NCBI GenBank assembly: GCA_002104945.1
Contig: MCFH01000018.1
Span: 434,001-498,000 of the forward strand
Reading direction: 5' to 3'
DNA from: Piromyces finnis finn
Lineage: Eukaryota > Fungi > Neocallimastigomycota
DNA: 64,000 nt
The notes under the pieces are model-generated. The model saw only the letters and a list, made by a program, of their open reading frames with translations, was not told where the DNA came from and made no database searches. This document shows, one piece after another, positions 26,207-38,990 of the stretch; position 1 is the first letter of the stretch; each line of letters starts with the position of its first letter. The translations under genes were made by a program, and so were the position numbers.

Positions 26207-27806
26207 ATTAATAAATAAATAAATTAAAAAATGTCAAAACAATTTAATAGTAATTTTATTTTCATTATTACTTTTTTGAAAAGGAAAGAATAAAGTTGGT
26301 TCATTCTTGATTTAAATAGCATAAAATGTTTAATTTAAAAGGAAAATAGTAGGATAAATTCTTTAAATAGTTTTGTTTTATATTTCATTTCATTCATATG
26401 TTTATTAAATATTTATAATTAATTTTAATTAATTGAAAATTAAATGGATTACTAAATATATTTCATTTCATTCTACTTATCCATCATTTCTACTTAAAAT
26501 ATACATTTAAAATAAATTGAAAATAAAACTATATAATATTTAAAAATTGACGTTTCTCAATTGTTTCCACTCTTTTTTAATATTAAATTAATATTATAGT
26601 TTGTAATATCTTTATTTATTAAGTATATATTCAAGTTTTAATCCAACGTTTTAGAAACATATAAAATGCTATTGAATTACTAAAAACTTTCTCTAAATTA
26701 TAAAGAAATATAAAAATTAAATTTGGTTTTTCATTAACTTATTTATATATCATATTTATATCATCTTTATATTTTTATTTAAAAATGCATAGTTGTATAT
26801 TTTTTATTAATCTAATTTATTATTAAAATAATACTAATGCTGAAATAATGAATTAAATAATGAATTCTTATTGTAATTAAAGAAAAAGAAAAATGAAAAT
26901 ATAAATAAAGTTCATTTTAATAAAGTGCGTTTATATTAAAAGATTAAGATTAAATGTTATTATGAATGAATATAAATATTTGAATATGGAATTAAAAGAA
27001 ATACATATTTATTTATAATTATTAATAATATTTCGATCGATTGGAGAGGTAACAAAGGAAGATTTCATAATATTAATTATTAATACTTTTAGTTTTTAAT
27101 AAAAATAGCAGTGGATAAATTTAAATATTTCCCATTATTAAAAGTCATTAAACATTATTGAATGTTATTATATTATATAAAATAATTATTTAATAATAAT
27201 AATAATAATTATACATCAAAAAAATAAAAAATGAAAAAATAAAAAAGTTTTTTTTAATAAAGTATTCATTTGGTTTGCTTTATTATTCTAATTATGAATT
27301 ATGTTTTATTTTTTTTTTTTTAATAATTTACTTCAACAAAAGTAAATGAAAAAATGATAAAGTTTTTATTGAAAGAAAATGAACACATTTCAATATTTTG
27401 TCGCTTAAAATTTGTTGATTTTTGAGAAATAAAATTTATTTAAATTTTTATTATTATAAAATATTCGTGTAACAATAAATCTACAAAATCTAATGAATCA
27501 ATAAATTAGAAAAGATTTTATTAATAAATAATATTAAAACTTTTTTAATAATAAATTTTTATTATAAAAAGAAGGAAATTTCATTTTTTTGTCAAATTCA
27601 TTATTCATATATCAAATCAATAATTAAAAAGTTTTCATTACAATTTTAAAAGAATTTTTCTATAATTTTTTATTTTTATTATTACAAGCACAAAAATATT
27701 TTAATAATTAAAATTAAAAAAAGTTTACTATTTTAATTTATTTTTAATATAAATTTATCATTTACAAAATTATATAACCAATTTATAATTTATAAAACTA
27801 CACAAA

Positions 27807-29303
27807 ATGCCATCTATTGCTATTGAAAATATTCCTATTATACCTAATAAGAGAAAGATTATTACCTTAAAGGAAAAATCTTTAAAAGTTCCAAATATTC
27901 AAAAGAATATCAAATCTGAATATGCTCCACTCAATGGTCCAAAGTTATCCAATAGAGCTTTAGAAATTCAAAAAGAAGAATTTCTTTTAAGTAAAGGTAT
28001 TATCATTGTCCGTAATAATAAATATCATCCAGAAACAAATCCAAATGGTATTATCAATCTCGGAACTGCCGAAAACAAATTAAATAATGTTGAAATGTTA
28101 GGTAAAATCAATGATCCAAAAGTTTCAACTGTTACTGCTGAACAATTATTATATGGTCCAAATCCAGGATCTGATAGATTAAGAGAAGAAGTTGCCAAGT
28201 TATTAAATCGTCATTTCAATCCAAAAGTTTTATTAAGTAAAGAAAATATTTGTGTAGGAAATGGATGTGGACCACTTCTTAATTTATGTGGAGAAGTTTT
28301 ATTTGATCATGGAGATGCCGTTTTAGTTCCAGGACCATATTACGGAGGTTTCGAAGCTGATATTAAATATGGATCAAGAGTCTACACCATCCCAGTACCA
28401 CATTGTGAAGGTGATTGTTTAAAGGTTGATGAAGCAGCTTTAGAAAAGGCATTAAAGAATGCTGATAAACCAGTCAAAGGTATTATCATTGCTAATCCAA
28501 ACAATCCATTTGGAAGAAGTTACAGTGCTGAACAACTTCTTCTTTTCTGTAATTTTGCTAAATCACATGGATTAATAGTTATTTGTGATGAAATCTACGG
28601 ACTTTCAACTTGGAAAGATATTACTGAACAAAATATTGAAGAAGGTAAAACCATCGAAGATTATCATTGTCATTGTTCACAATGTCAAAGCTACAAAGAT
28701 GCTCCAAGAATTGAAAGTGATATTGATGGAAAACAAAGTAAATTCACATCCATCTTTTCTTTAGATCTTCCAGATCCAGAAAATACTCATGGATTATGGG
28801 GATTTTCTAAAGACTTTTGTTTAAATGGATTAAGAATCGGAGTAACCATTTCATATTCTAAAACAGTTATGGCAGCTATGCAAAAGATTTGTTTCTTAAC
28901 TTGTATTCCAACTAATATTGATAATATTCTTGTTAATATTTTATCAGATCAAGAATGGACTGATCATTTCATTGTTAATAACAATCGTAAATTACTCAAG
29001 AACTACACTCACTTAACCAATTCATTAAATGCTCACCATATTCCATATGTTCAAGGAGATTCGGGATTCTTCATTTACATTGATCTTCATCAAGCCGGAC
29101 TCAATGAATTTGATTTATGGATGAAATTATTAGAAGGAGGAATTTACATTTCACCAAGTCAAGCCTTTTTCAGTGAAGATAAAGAATCGGAAAGAAATTG
29201 GTTCAGAATATGTTTTGCAGTTGAACAAGATGAGCTCAATTTATCATTAGATAGAATTTATAAAGTAATAGATACTCTTAAACAACAAAATAAGCAACAA
29301 TAG
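27807..29303 (+). CDS. ACC-synthase-like PLP enzyme, copy 2 (MPSIA N-terminus; AAG>TAG removes the last 4 residues)
   Basis: Same motifs as copy 1. It ends CAA TAG TTA TTA AAC TAA where the other copies read CAA AAG TTA/TTG TTA AAC TAA. Confidence 0.9.
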   Translation: MPSIAIENIPIIPNKRKIITLKEKSLKVPNIQKNIKSEYAPLNGPKLSNRALEIQKEEFLLSKGIIIVRNNKYHPETNPNGIINLGTAENKLNNVEMLGKINDPKVSTVTAEQLLYGPNPGSDRLREEVAKLLNRHFNPKVLLSKENICVGNGCGPLLNLCGEVLFDHGDAVLVPGPYYGGFEADIKYGSRVYTIPVPHCEGDCLKVDEAALEKALKNADKPVKGIIIANPNNPFGRSYSAEQLLLFCNFAKSHGLIVICDEIYGLSTWKDITEQNIEEGKTIEDYHCHCSQCQSYKDAPRIESDIDGKQSKFTSIFSLDLPDPENTHGLWGFSKDFCLNGLRIGVTISYSKTVMAAMQKICFLTCIPTNIDNILVNILSDQEWTDHFIVNNNRKLLKNYTHLTNSLNAHHIPYVQGDSGFFIYIDLHQAGLNEFDLWMKLLEGGIYISPSQAFFSEDKESERNWFRICFAVEQDELNLSLDRIYKVIDTLKQQNKQQ

Positions 29304-30916
29304 TTATTAAACTAAATATTAAATTAATCATTTAATTAAACATTAAAAAGAAATTATAATTCATAATTAATAATAATTATATACATAAATATATATACAT
29401 AAATACCCAATATTAACATATAATATTAGCAAATATATACATCATAAATTATACATCAATAACATTAAAAAATGAAGAAAGAAAACTTTATTTTTTAAAA
29501 ATATAAAAATTAATTATATTTTCATTATTATTAAATTAATAGAATCATAAATCTTAAGTTAATAATAATTGTATTTTGTATCTATTACTATCTATCTATT
29601 TATTTAATTACTAAATTTATTTTTTTATAAATATTTGTAAATAATTATATCTATTTTAATATATAAGTAAATTATTTGAATAAAAAAAATTAAAAATAAA
29701 TAAAAAAAAAATTGTGTACTAAAATTGAAAATATTAATTATAGAAAAATTTTAGAATAAATATCTTTTTTTTTTTTTTTTAGAAAACTTGTTGTTATAAT
29801 TAATTCTATTGTTTAGAAAAACCTCAATAGAAAAAGAAAAAATTACTTAAACAAATATAGTATATACAGGTTTTTTTATATAATTAAGATTATTAAGAAT
29901 AAAATATTTCTTTAACATTGAAATAATAAACAACTATATTTGGTGCAATTGTACTTCTTAAAAGTATAAAGTATAGTTGATACATCTTATTTTTATTTTT
30001 ATTTATTGAATAAATTAACATATTTATAATTTACTATTAAATAGTTTAGAAGTAGAAATTATATTTATTGTATTAATAAAAAAGCAAAAATGATTTATTA
30101 TTAATAATATTAATTATTATTTTAATTTTTTAAATAAGTATATTAATTACTTTAAAAAATAAAATATTTGAAATTATCTTATTAAAAGAAGAATTAAATA
30201 ATACATATTTTAAAGTATGAATATTTAAAAATTTTAATTTTTACATACTATTAATAAAAATAACTGTTCTTTTTTAATTAATAAAATATTATTCATGAAC
30301 TTTGTATTTCTAATTACTTATTTCATATATCAAAATTAAATTAATTGTACATTTGAATTCATCTATTGAAATATTTAATATTTCATAAATATCTTTAACA
30401 TTTTTACAAATATCTGAATTTTTTAATTGCATATTTTCAATTATTTATAAATAAATTAATATATATATATTCAAAAGTTTTTGATATAGATTAAATTATT
30501 AAATTTCTTATAAATAATAAAAAGTAATTATTTTTATATATATTTAGTTTTTTTATTTAATATTTTAATTTTAATTATTTACATAAATTTATAAAAGAGA
30601 CAATATTAATTAAAATATTAGATTAATAGAAATTAATAGATAGATACAATTATTAATAATGAGAGCATAATTAATTTTTATATTTTTAAAAAATAAAGTT
30701 TTCTTTCTTCATTTTTTAATGTTATTTATGTATAATTTATGATTTATATATTTGCTAATATTATATGTTAATATTGGGTATTTATGAATATAATTATTAT
30801 TAATTATGAATTATGTTTTGTTTTATATTTAATGCTTTAATAATATTAATATTATAATATTAATATTATTTTATAATTGAATATTTTAATGGTTAATTGA
30901 ATGATGAATTTAATAT

Positions 30917-32425
30917 TTAGTTTAATAACTTTTGTTGCTTATTTTGTTGTTTAAGAGTATCTATTACTTTATAAATTCTATCTAATGATAAATTGAGCTC
31001 ATCTTGTTCAACTGCAAAACATATTCTGAACCAATTTCTTTCCGATTCTTTATCTTCACTGAAAAAGGCTTGACTTGGTGAAATGTAAATTCCTCCTTCT
31101 AATAATTTCATCCATAAATCAAATTCATTGAGTCCGGCTTGATGAAGATCAATGTAAATGAAGAATCCCGAATCTCCTTGAACATATGGAATATGGTGAG
31201 CATTTAATGAATTGGTTAAGTGAGTGTAGTTCTTGAGTAATTTACGATTGTTATTAATAATGAAATGATCAGTCCATTCTTGATCTGATAAAATATTAAC
31301 AAGAATATTATCAATATTAGTTGGAATACAAGTTAAGAAACAAATCTTTTGCATAGCTGCCATAACTGTTTTAGAATATGAAATGGTTACTCCGATTCTT
31401 AATCCATTTAAACAAAAGTCTTTAGAAAATCCCCATAATCCATGAGTATTTTCTGGATCTGGAAGATCTAAAGAAAAGATGGATGTGAATTTACTTTGTT
31501 TTCCATCAATATCACTTTCAATTCTTGGAGTATCTTTGTAGCTTTGACATTGTGAACAATGACAATGATAATCTTCGATGGTTTTACCTTCTTCAATATT
31601 TTGTTCAGTAATATCTTTCCAAGTTGAAAGTCCGTAGATTTCATCACAAATAACTATTAATCCATGTGATTTAGCAAAATTACAGAAAAGAAGAAGTTGT
31701 TCAGCACTGTAACTTCTTCCAAATGGATTGTTTGGATTAGCAATGATAATACCTTTGACTGGTTTATCAGCATTCTTTAATGCCTTTTCTAAGGCTGCTT
31801 CATCAACCTTTAAACAATCACCTTCACAATGTGGTACCGGAATGGTATAGACTCTTGATCCATATTTAATATCAGCTTCGAAACCTCCGTAATATGGTCC
31901 TGGAACTAAAACGGCATCTCCATGATCAAATAAAACTTCTCCACATAAATTAAGAAGTGGTCCACATCCATTTCCTACACAAATATTTTCTTTACTTAAT
32001 AAAACTTTTGGATTGAAATGACGATTTAATAACTTGGCAACTTCTTCTCTTAATCTATCAGATCCTGGATTTGGACCATATAATAATTGTTCAGCAGTAA
32101 CAGTTGAAACTTTTGGATCATTGATTTTACCTAACATTTCAACATTATTTAATTTGTTTTCGGCAGTTCCGAGATTGATAATACCATTTGGATTTGTTTC
32201 TGGATGATATTTATTATTACGGACAATGATAATACCTTTACTTAAAAGAAATTCTTCTTTTTGAATTTCTAAAGCTCTATTGGATAACTTTGGACCATTG
32301 AGTGGAGCATATTCAGATTTAATATTCTTTTGAATATTTGGAACTTTTAAAGATTTTTCCTTTAAGGCGATAATCTTTCTCTTATTAGGTATAATAGGAA
32401 TATTTTCAATAGCAATAGATGGCAT
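30917..32425 (-). CDS. ACC-synthase-like PLP enzyme, copy 3 (MPSIA N-terminus)
   Basis: Same motifs; carries private variants IALKE and KDTP. Confidence 0.9.
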   Translation of the reverse strand: MPSIAIENIPIIPNKRKIIALKEKSLKVPNIQKNIKSEYAPLNGPKLSNRALEIQKEEFLLSKGIIIVRNNKYHPETNPNGIINLGTAENKLNNVEMLGKINDPKVSTVTAEQLLYGPNPGSDRLREEVAKLLNRHFNPKVLLSKENICVGNGCGPLLNLCGEVLFDHGDAVLVPGPYYGGFEADIKYGSRVYTIPVPHCEGDCLKVDEAALEKALKNADKPVKGIIIANPNNPFGRSYSAEQLLLFCNFAKSHGLIVICDEIYGLSTWKDITEQNIEEGKTIEDYHCHCSQCQSYKDTPRIESDIDGKQSKFTSIFSLDLPDPENTHGLWGFSKDFCLNGLRIGVTISYSKTVMAAMQKICFLTCIPTNIDNILVNILSDQEWTDHFIINNNRKLLKNYTHLTNSLNAHHIPYVQGDSGFFIYIDLHQAGLNEFDLWMKLLEGGIYISPSQAFFSEDKESERNWFRICFAVEQDELNLSLDRIYKVIDTLKQQNKQQKLLN

Positions 32426-34695
32426 TTTGTGTAGTTTTATAAATTATAAATTGGTTATATAATTTTGTAAATGATAAATTTATATTAAAAATAAATTGAA
32501 ATAGTAAACTTTTTTTAATTTTAATTATTAAAATATTTTTGTGCTTGTAATAAAAATAAAGAATTATAGAAAAATTCTTTTAAAATTGTAATGAAAACTT
32601 TTTAATTATTGATTTGATATATGAATAATGAATTTGACAAAAAAGTGAAATTTCCTTCTTTTTATAATAAAAATTTATTATTAAAAAAGTTTTAATATTA
32701 TTTATTAATAAAATCTTTTCTAATTTATTGATTCATTAGATTTTGTAGATTTATTGTTACACGAATATTTTATAATAATAAAAATTTAAATAAATTTTAT
32801 TTCTCAAAAATCAACAAATTTTAAGCGACAAAATATTGAAATGTGTTCATTTTCTTTCAATAAAAACTTTATCATTTTTTCATTTACTTTTGTTGAAGTA
32901 AATTATTAAAAAAAAAAAAATAAAACATAATTCATAATTAGAATAATAAAGCAAACCAAATGAATACTTTATTAAAAAAAACTTTTTTATTTTTTTGATG
33001 TATAATTATTATTATTATTATTAAATAATTATTTTATATAATATAATAACATTCAATAATGTTTAATGACTTTTAATAATGGGAAATATTTAAATTTATC
33101 CACTGCTATTTTTATTAAAAACTAAAAGTATTAATAATTAATATTATGAAATCTTCCTTTGTTACCTCTCCAATCGATCGAAATATTATTAATAATTATA
33201 AATAAATATGTATTTCTTTTAATTCCATATTCAAATATTTATATTCATTCATAATAACATTTTATCTTAATCTTTTAATATAAACGCACTTTATTAAAAT
33301 GAACTTTATTTATATTTTCATTATTCTTTTTCTTTAATTACAATAAGAATTCATTATTTAATTCATTATTTCAGCATTAGTATTATTTTAATAATAAATT
33401 AGATTAATAAAAAATATACAACTATGCATTTTTAAATAAAAATATAAAGATGATATAAATATGATATATAAATAAGTTAATGAAAAACCAAATTTAATTT
33501 TTATATTTCTTTATAATTTAGAGAAAGTTTTTAGTAATTCAATAGTATTTTATATGTTTCTAAAACGTTGGATTAAAACTTGAATATATACTTAATAAAT
33601 AAAGATATTACAAACTATAATATTAATTTAATATTAAAAAAGAGTGGAAACAATTGAGAAACGTCAATTTTTAAATATTATATAGTTTTATTTTCAATTT
33701 ATTTTAAATGTATATTTTAAGTAGAAATGATGGATAAGTAGAATGAAATGAAATATATTTAGTAATCCATTTAATTTTCAATTAATTAAAATTAATTATA
33801 AATATTTAATAAACATATGAATGAAATGAAATATAAAACAAAACTATTTAAAGAATTTATCCTACTATTTTCCTTTTAAATTAAACATTTTATGCTATTT
33901 AAATCAAGAATGAACCAACTTTATTCTTTCCTTTTCAAAAAAGTAATAATGAAAATAAAATTACTATTAAATTGTTTTGACATTTTTTAATTTATTTATT
34001 TATTAATTTATTTATTTATTTATTTATTTATTTATATATTTATATATTTATATATTTATATATTTATTTATTATTAATTTATTAATTTATTTATTAAAAA
34101 GAATTATTAACAAATTATTCTAATATTATTGGCTAAATATCAACTAATATCAACTATAATTTTTACAAAATATTCATTCATTTAATTGGATTAAAATAAA
34201 CTAATATACTGTTTAAATTTGTTAAAGAAATGTTAAAATTTTTTAAACTTTTCCTTTTAATAAATCAAAAAATAGAATATATGGATAATACAAAATTATA
34301 TATTAATTGAATTAATTAAATGTAATCTAATATATGATATATTAATTTAATTATTTATTATTGAAAAATAAAAATGAAATTAAAAATTCAAAATTTAAAA
34401 ATTTTAAAAATTCATATATAAAGAAAAAGAATTTTCAAAATTTTATAATTTCATTATTCATACATACATCAAATCAAGAATTAAAAAATTATTACTTCAA
34501 TTTTAAAAGAGTTTTTTTATATAATTCTTTGTTTTTATTACAAGCGAATTTTAATCATTGAAATTAATTATAATTAAAATTTTAATTTTAATTAAAAATA
34601 TTTTATTATCTTTTATTTAAAAAACTGTCAAATTTTATATAAACGTCACTATTTTTAATAGAATATAAATAACAAATTATAAATAAGAATCAAAA

Positions 34696-36198
34696 ATGGC
34701 TCTTGCTACCGTCGAACCTATTATATCTAAAAAGAGAAAGATTATTACCTTAAAGGAAAAATCTTTAAAAGTTCCAAATATTCAAAAGAATATCAAATCT
34801 GAATATGCTCCACTCAATGGTCCAAAGTTATCCAATAGAGCTTTAGAAATTCAAAAAGAAGAATTTCTTTTAAGTAAAGGTATTATCATTGTCCGTAATA
34901 ATAAATATCATCCAGAAACAAATCCAAATGGTATTATCAATCTCGGAACTGCCGAAAACAAATTAAATAATGTTGAAATGTTAGGTAAAATCAATGATCC
35001 AAAAGTTTCAACTGTTACTGCTGAACAATTATTATATGGTCCAAATCCAGGATCTGATAGATTAAGAGAAGAAGTTGCCAAGTTATTAAATCGTCATTTC
35101 AATCCAAAAGTTTTATTAAGTAAAGAAAATATTTGTGTAGGAAATGGATGTGGACCACTTCTTAATTTATGTGGAGAAGTTTTATTTGATCATGGAGATG
35201 CCGTTTTAGTTCCAGGACCATATTACGGAGGTTTCGAAGCTGATATTAAATATGGATCAAGAGTCTACACCATCCCGGTACCACATTGTGAAGGTGATTG
35301 TTTAAAGGTTGATGAAGCAGCTTTAGAAAAGGCATTAAAGAATGCTGATAAACCAGTCAAAGGTATTATCATTGCTAATCCAAACAATCCATTTGGAAGA
35401 AGTTACAGTGCTGAACAACTTCTTCTTTTCTGTAATTTTGCTAAATCACATGGATTAATAGTTATTTGTGATGAAATCTACGGACTTTCAACTTGGAAAG
35501 ATATTACTGAACAAAATATTGAAGAAGGTAAAACCATCGAAGATTATCATTGTCATTGTTCACAATGTCAAAGCTACAAAGATGCTCCAAGAATTGAAAG
35601 TGATATTGATGGAAAACAAAGTAAATTCACATCCATCTTTTCTTTAGATCTTCCAGATCCAGAAAATACTCATGGATTATGGGGATTTTCTAAAGACTTT
35701 TGTTTAAATGGATTAAGAATCGGAGTAACCATTTCATATTCTAAAACAGTTATGGCAGCTATGCAAAAGATTTGTTTCTTAACTTGTATTCCAACTAATA
35801 TTGATAATATTCTTGTTAATATTTTATCAGATCAAGAATGGACTGATCATTTCATTATTAATAACAATCGTAAATTACTCAAGAACTACACTCACTTAAC
35901 CAATTCATTAAATGCTCACCATATTCCATATGTTCAAGGAGATTCGGGATTCTTCATTTACATTGATCTTCATCAAGCCGGACTCAATGAATTTGATTTA
36001 TGGATGAAATTATTAGAAGGAGGAATTTACATTTCACCAAGTCAAGCCTTTTTCAGTGAAGATAAAGAATCGGAAAGAAATTGGTTCAGAATATGTTTTG
36101 CAGTTGAACAAGATGAGCTCAATTTATCATTAGATAGAATTTATAAAGTAATAGATACTCTTAAACAACAAAATAAGCAACAAAAGTTGTTAAACTAA
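34696..36198 (+). CDS. ACC-synthase-like PLP enzyme, copy 4 (MALATV N-terminus)
   Basis: Translation in the ORF track is identical to copy 1. Confidence 0.9.
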   Translation: MALATVEPIISKKRKIITLKEKSLKVPNIQKNIKSEYAPLNGPKLSNRALEIQKEEFLLSKGIIIVRNNKYHPETNPNGIINLGTAENKLNNVEMLGKINDPKVSTVTAEQLLYGPNPGSDRLREEVAKLLNRHFNPKVLLSKENICVGNGCGPLLNLCGEVLFDHGDAVLVPGPYYGGFEADIKYGSRVYTIPVPHCEGDCLKVDEAALEKALKNADKPVKGIIIANPNNPFGRSYSAEQLLLFCNFAKSHGLIVICDEIYGLSTWKDITEQNIEEGKTIEDYHCHCSQCQSYKDAPRIESDIDGKQSKFTSIFSLDLPDPENTHGLWGFSKDFCLNGLRIGVTISYSKTVMAAMQKICFLTCIPTNIDNILVNILSDQEWTDHFIINNNRKLLKNYTHLTNSLNAHHIPYVQGDSGFFIYIDLHQAGLNEFDLWMKLLEGGIYISPSQAFFSEDKESERNWFRICFAVEQDELNLSLDRIYKVIDTLKQQNKQQKLLN

Positions 36199-36755
36199 AT
36201 ATTAAATTCATCATTCAATTAACCATTAAAATATTCAATTATAAAATAATATTAATATTATAATATTAATATTATTAAAGCATTAAATATAAAACAAAAC
36301 ATAATTCATAACTAATAATAATTATATTCATAAATACCCAATATTAGCAAATATATAAATCATAAATTATACATTAATAACATTTAAAAATGAAGAAAGA
36401 AAACTTTATTTTTTAAAAATATAAAAATTAATTATATTTTCATTATTATTAAATTAATAGAATCATAATCTTAAGTTAATAATAATTGTATTTTGTATCT
36501 ATTACTATCTATCTATTTATTCATTTAAATTTAAAAAAAAAACAATTTTTATCTATAAATAATTAAAAACTAATTTAATAAAAAATATTTAATTTTATAT
36601 AAAAAATGATTTTTTTTTCTTTTTATTATTTCTTCTTTATTGTGTATAATTATTAACTTTGTCAATTTTAATAATTTTTTTTAAATGAAAATATATAATT
36701 AAGAAATTTATAAATTTCTTTGAGTTATTTATGAAATATCAGCCTATTTTGAACT

Positions 36756-36794
36756 ATTTGAATTATTTGAATTATTTGAATTATTTGAATTATT
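36756..36794. repeat. Short tandem repeat (tatttgaat)x~4
   Basis: 'tatttgaattatttgaattatttgaattatttgaattattt' is directly visible, ~140 bp outside the palindrome's right boundary. Confidence 0.75.
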
Positions 36795-37173
36795 TTACAT
36801 TACAGTTTTATTATTTCTACAATATAAAAATGTAATGTAAAATAATAATGTAAATGTATAATCCATAGAGTTCCAACCTTACCATTGAACAACTAAGTAT
36901 TTAGTAATCCTCATTACTATAAATAGACTAGAGAATATTATTGTTAAAAGAAACTTCTTATTTTAGCTAAATTTTAATAGTTATAAACATTTTAGGATTT
37001 GGATATTTTATAAAACATATATTATTAAAAATTAAATTCTTTCTACATAAAATTAGCATGTATCAAATGATTCATCACATGATATAAAACATAAATAATT
37101 TTTTTTTAAAAAAAAAATTTTAAGCACCAAAGCTAAACTTTTATTTATGATTTGTTATTATTTACAATCTTTT

Positions 37174-37280
37174 TTTTTTTCTTCTTCTTTATCCTTTTGA
37201 TTTTTGATGCATATTTCATTGATAATTATTCATTTTTTTCTTCTTTATCCTTTTGATTTTTGATGCGTATTTCATTGATT
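37174..37280. repeat. Tandem duplication, 2 x ~56 bp
   Basis: 'ttttttcttctttatccttttgatttttgatgc(a/g)tatttcattgat' occurs twice. Confidence 0.75.
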
Positions 37281-38191
37281 ATTACTCTGCTTTTTTTTTC
37301 ATTACTTTAAAAAAATAAACACTTTCACACATACACACAATAATAAGAACTAAAATCTTTTTTTGGAGGGGATATTATTTATTAGTATCTCATTTTTATT
37401 ATTATCTTTTTGTTTTTTTTTTTATTTATTTCCTTTTTTTTTCATTATATGAATAAATTATTATTAATGTGACATTCTTTTTTTAATATATATATTTTTA
37501 TTTAATTTTCCATATAGAATAAAGTATGGAAATTCTATGATTATTTTTATTATTCTTATTGATTTATTAATATTTTAGAATAATTTTTTATTAAAAGAAA
37601 ATAAAAAATAATATTTACAAAAAACAATTTATTATAATACTTTCTTTCTTTTAAAAAGTATTACAATCTATTAAAATTAAATAATTTATATATATTATAT
37701 CGATACGCTTTGCTTTTTGTTATATATTAATCTTTGATAATTATATATATATGAATAAGAATAAATATTTTATATTATTAAATATTAATTATTTAATAAT
37801 AATAAAGATATATGTTATTTTTATCTTTTAATAGTTAAGAATAAGTAACAAATAGGTTATTGTATATAATTAAATTACTTTTTTTTCTTAAATAATATAA
37901 ATATTTTAAATATATTGATAATAATTCTTTTTCTTTTTACGTTCAATAGTATTTAATTATAGTTCTTTACTTTAAATATCTCATATGTTCATTCTAAAAA
38001 AAAAAATATTAATAAAAAAAAAATTAAAAATATATATAGTATTATTTTAAATAGATATATATTTCATTCTCCATGCTTTTTTTTTTTTCATTCTATTTTT
38101 TTTTTTTTTTTGGGAAATGATAAAAATCAAATGACGATATAAAATATTTAAATTTGGAAAAAAAAATGAGTAACTTTTTTTCCCGTCCGTT

Positions 38192-38990
38192 CTATTCTAA
38201 GTAAATTGATTGATTTCTATTTTTATATATAGATGAATATTCATCAACTGGAGTAATTGGAGTAATTGGACTTGGTGGGTTATACATCTTTTGTCTTGAA
38301 GAGCTTGATTTATTTTCATTGACATAGCCTTTAGTAGTATTCAAGTAATGAATCTTTTTAGCTGTATCACTTTCAAACTTTGAGACTAATGATCTCATAT
38401 AATTTTCCCAAATTCCATAATTTTTTTGATCTATATTTAAATTATAGTCTAATACTCCACAGAACTCTAATTCCATAATATTTAATTCTTCTAATGGAAT
38501 ATCACTGATTTCTGACCATGTCTTATTTGAGTAAGTGTTATCATATAACTATATTTTTAAAAAAATATATATATACAAAAAGTTTTCCCATTAGAATATT
38601 ATTTTTAATAATAATAAAATATATTATGATAATATGGAATTATTATATAGAATTATTCCTTACCATTTTATTAGTAATCATTAAAGCCATGACCATTAAG
38701 TTCTTTTCAGAACCATATCCCTTTAATTCAGGATGTTTTTTAGTTAACATATATAAATAGTAAGTACTAGATAAGACACATTGATATGGAAATTTAGTAA
38801 TTTCAACTAAATATCTGAATTTCTTTGATAATTCGGATATTAACTTTGGAGGTACATGATTTGATAATTGATTAATTGGTATATCTCTCCAAATAGATAA
38901 GAAGTAGAGAGGTGAAAAGTCAATTAATGAATTTAAAAAGTGAGTATCATTGTACTTTTTGGTGTTACAGTTAATTTTTAAATAATTCAT
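38192..38990 (-). CDS. PHO80/PCL-family cyclin, 2 exons (38990-38664, 38548-38192)
   Basis: The spliced join gives ...MALMITNKM|LYDNTYSNKTWSEISDIPLEELNIMELEFCGVLDYNLNI, the characteristic K..D..YSN..W.......ELN.ME.EF...LDY.L cyclin box of Pho80/Pcl cyclins. Confidence 0.85.

Larger units (their letters stand above)
23603..36619. repeat. ~13-kb inverted duplication: arms ~23603-29520 and ~30669-36619 around a ~1.1-kb spacer; each arm holds a divergent ACS-like gene pair
   Basis: The outer boundary 'gaaaaaaaaatcattttttatataaaattaaatattttt' (23603) is the reverse complement of 36581-36619. The intergenic region 25527-27806 is the reverse complement of 32426-34695 with only scattered SNPs/indels. 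Confidence 0.92.

Noticed and set aside
29301-29315. Programmed readthrough of the TAG in ACS copy 2
   Set aside because: Only 4 terminal residues are affected and the +4 context is not a strong readthrough signal; a neutral nonsense change is the simplest explanation.
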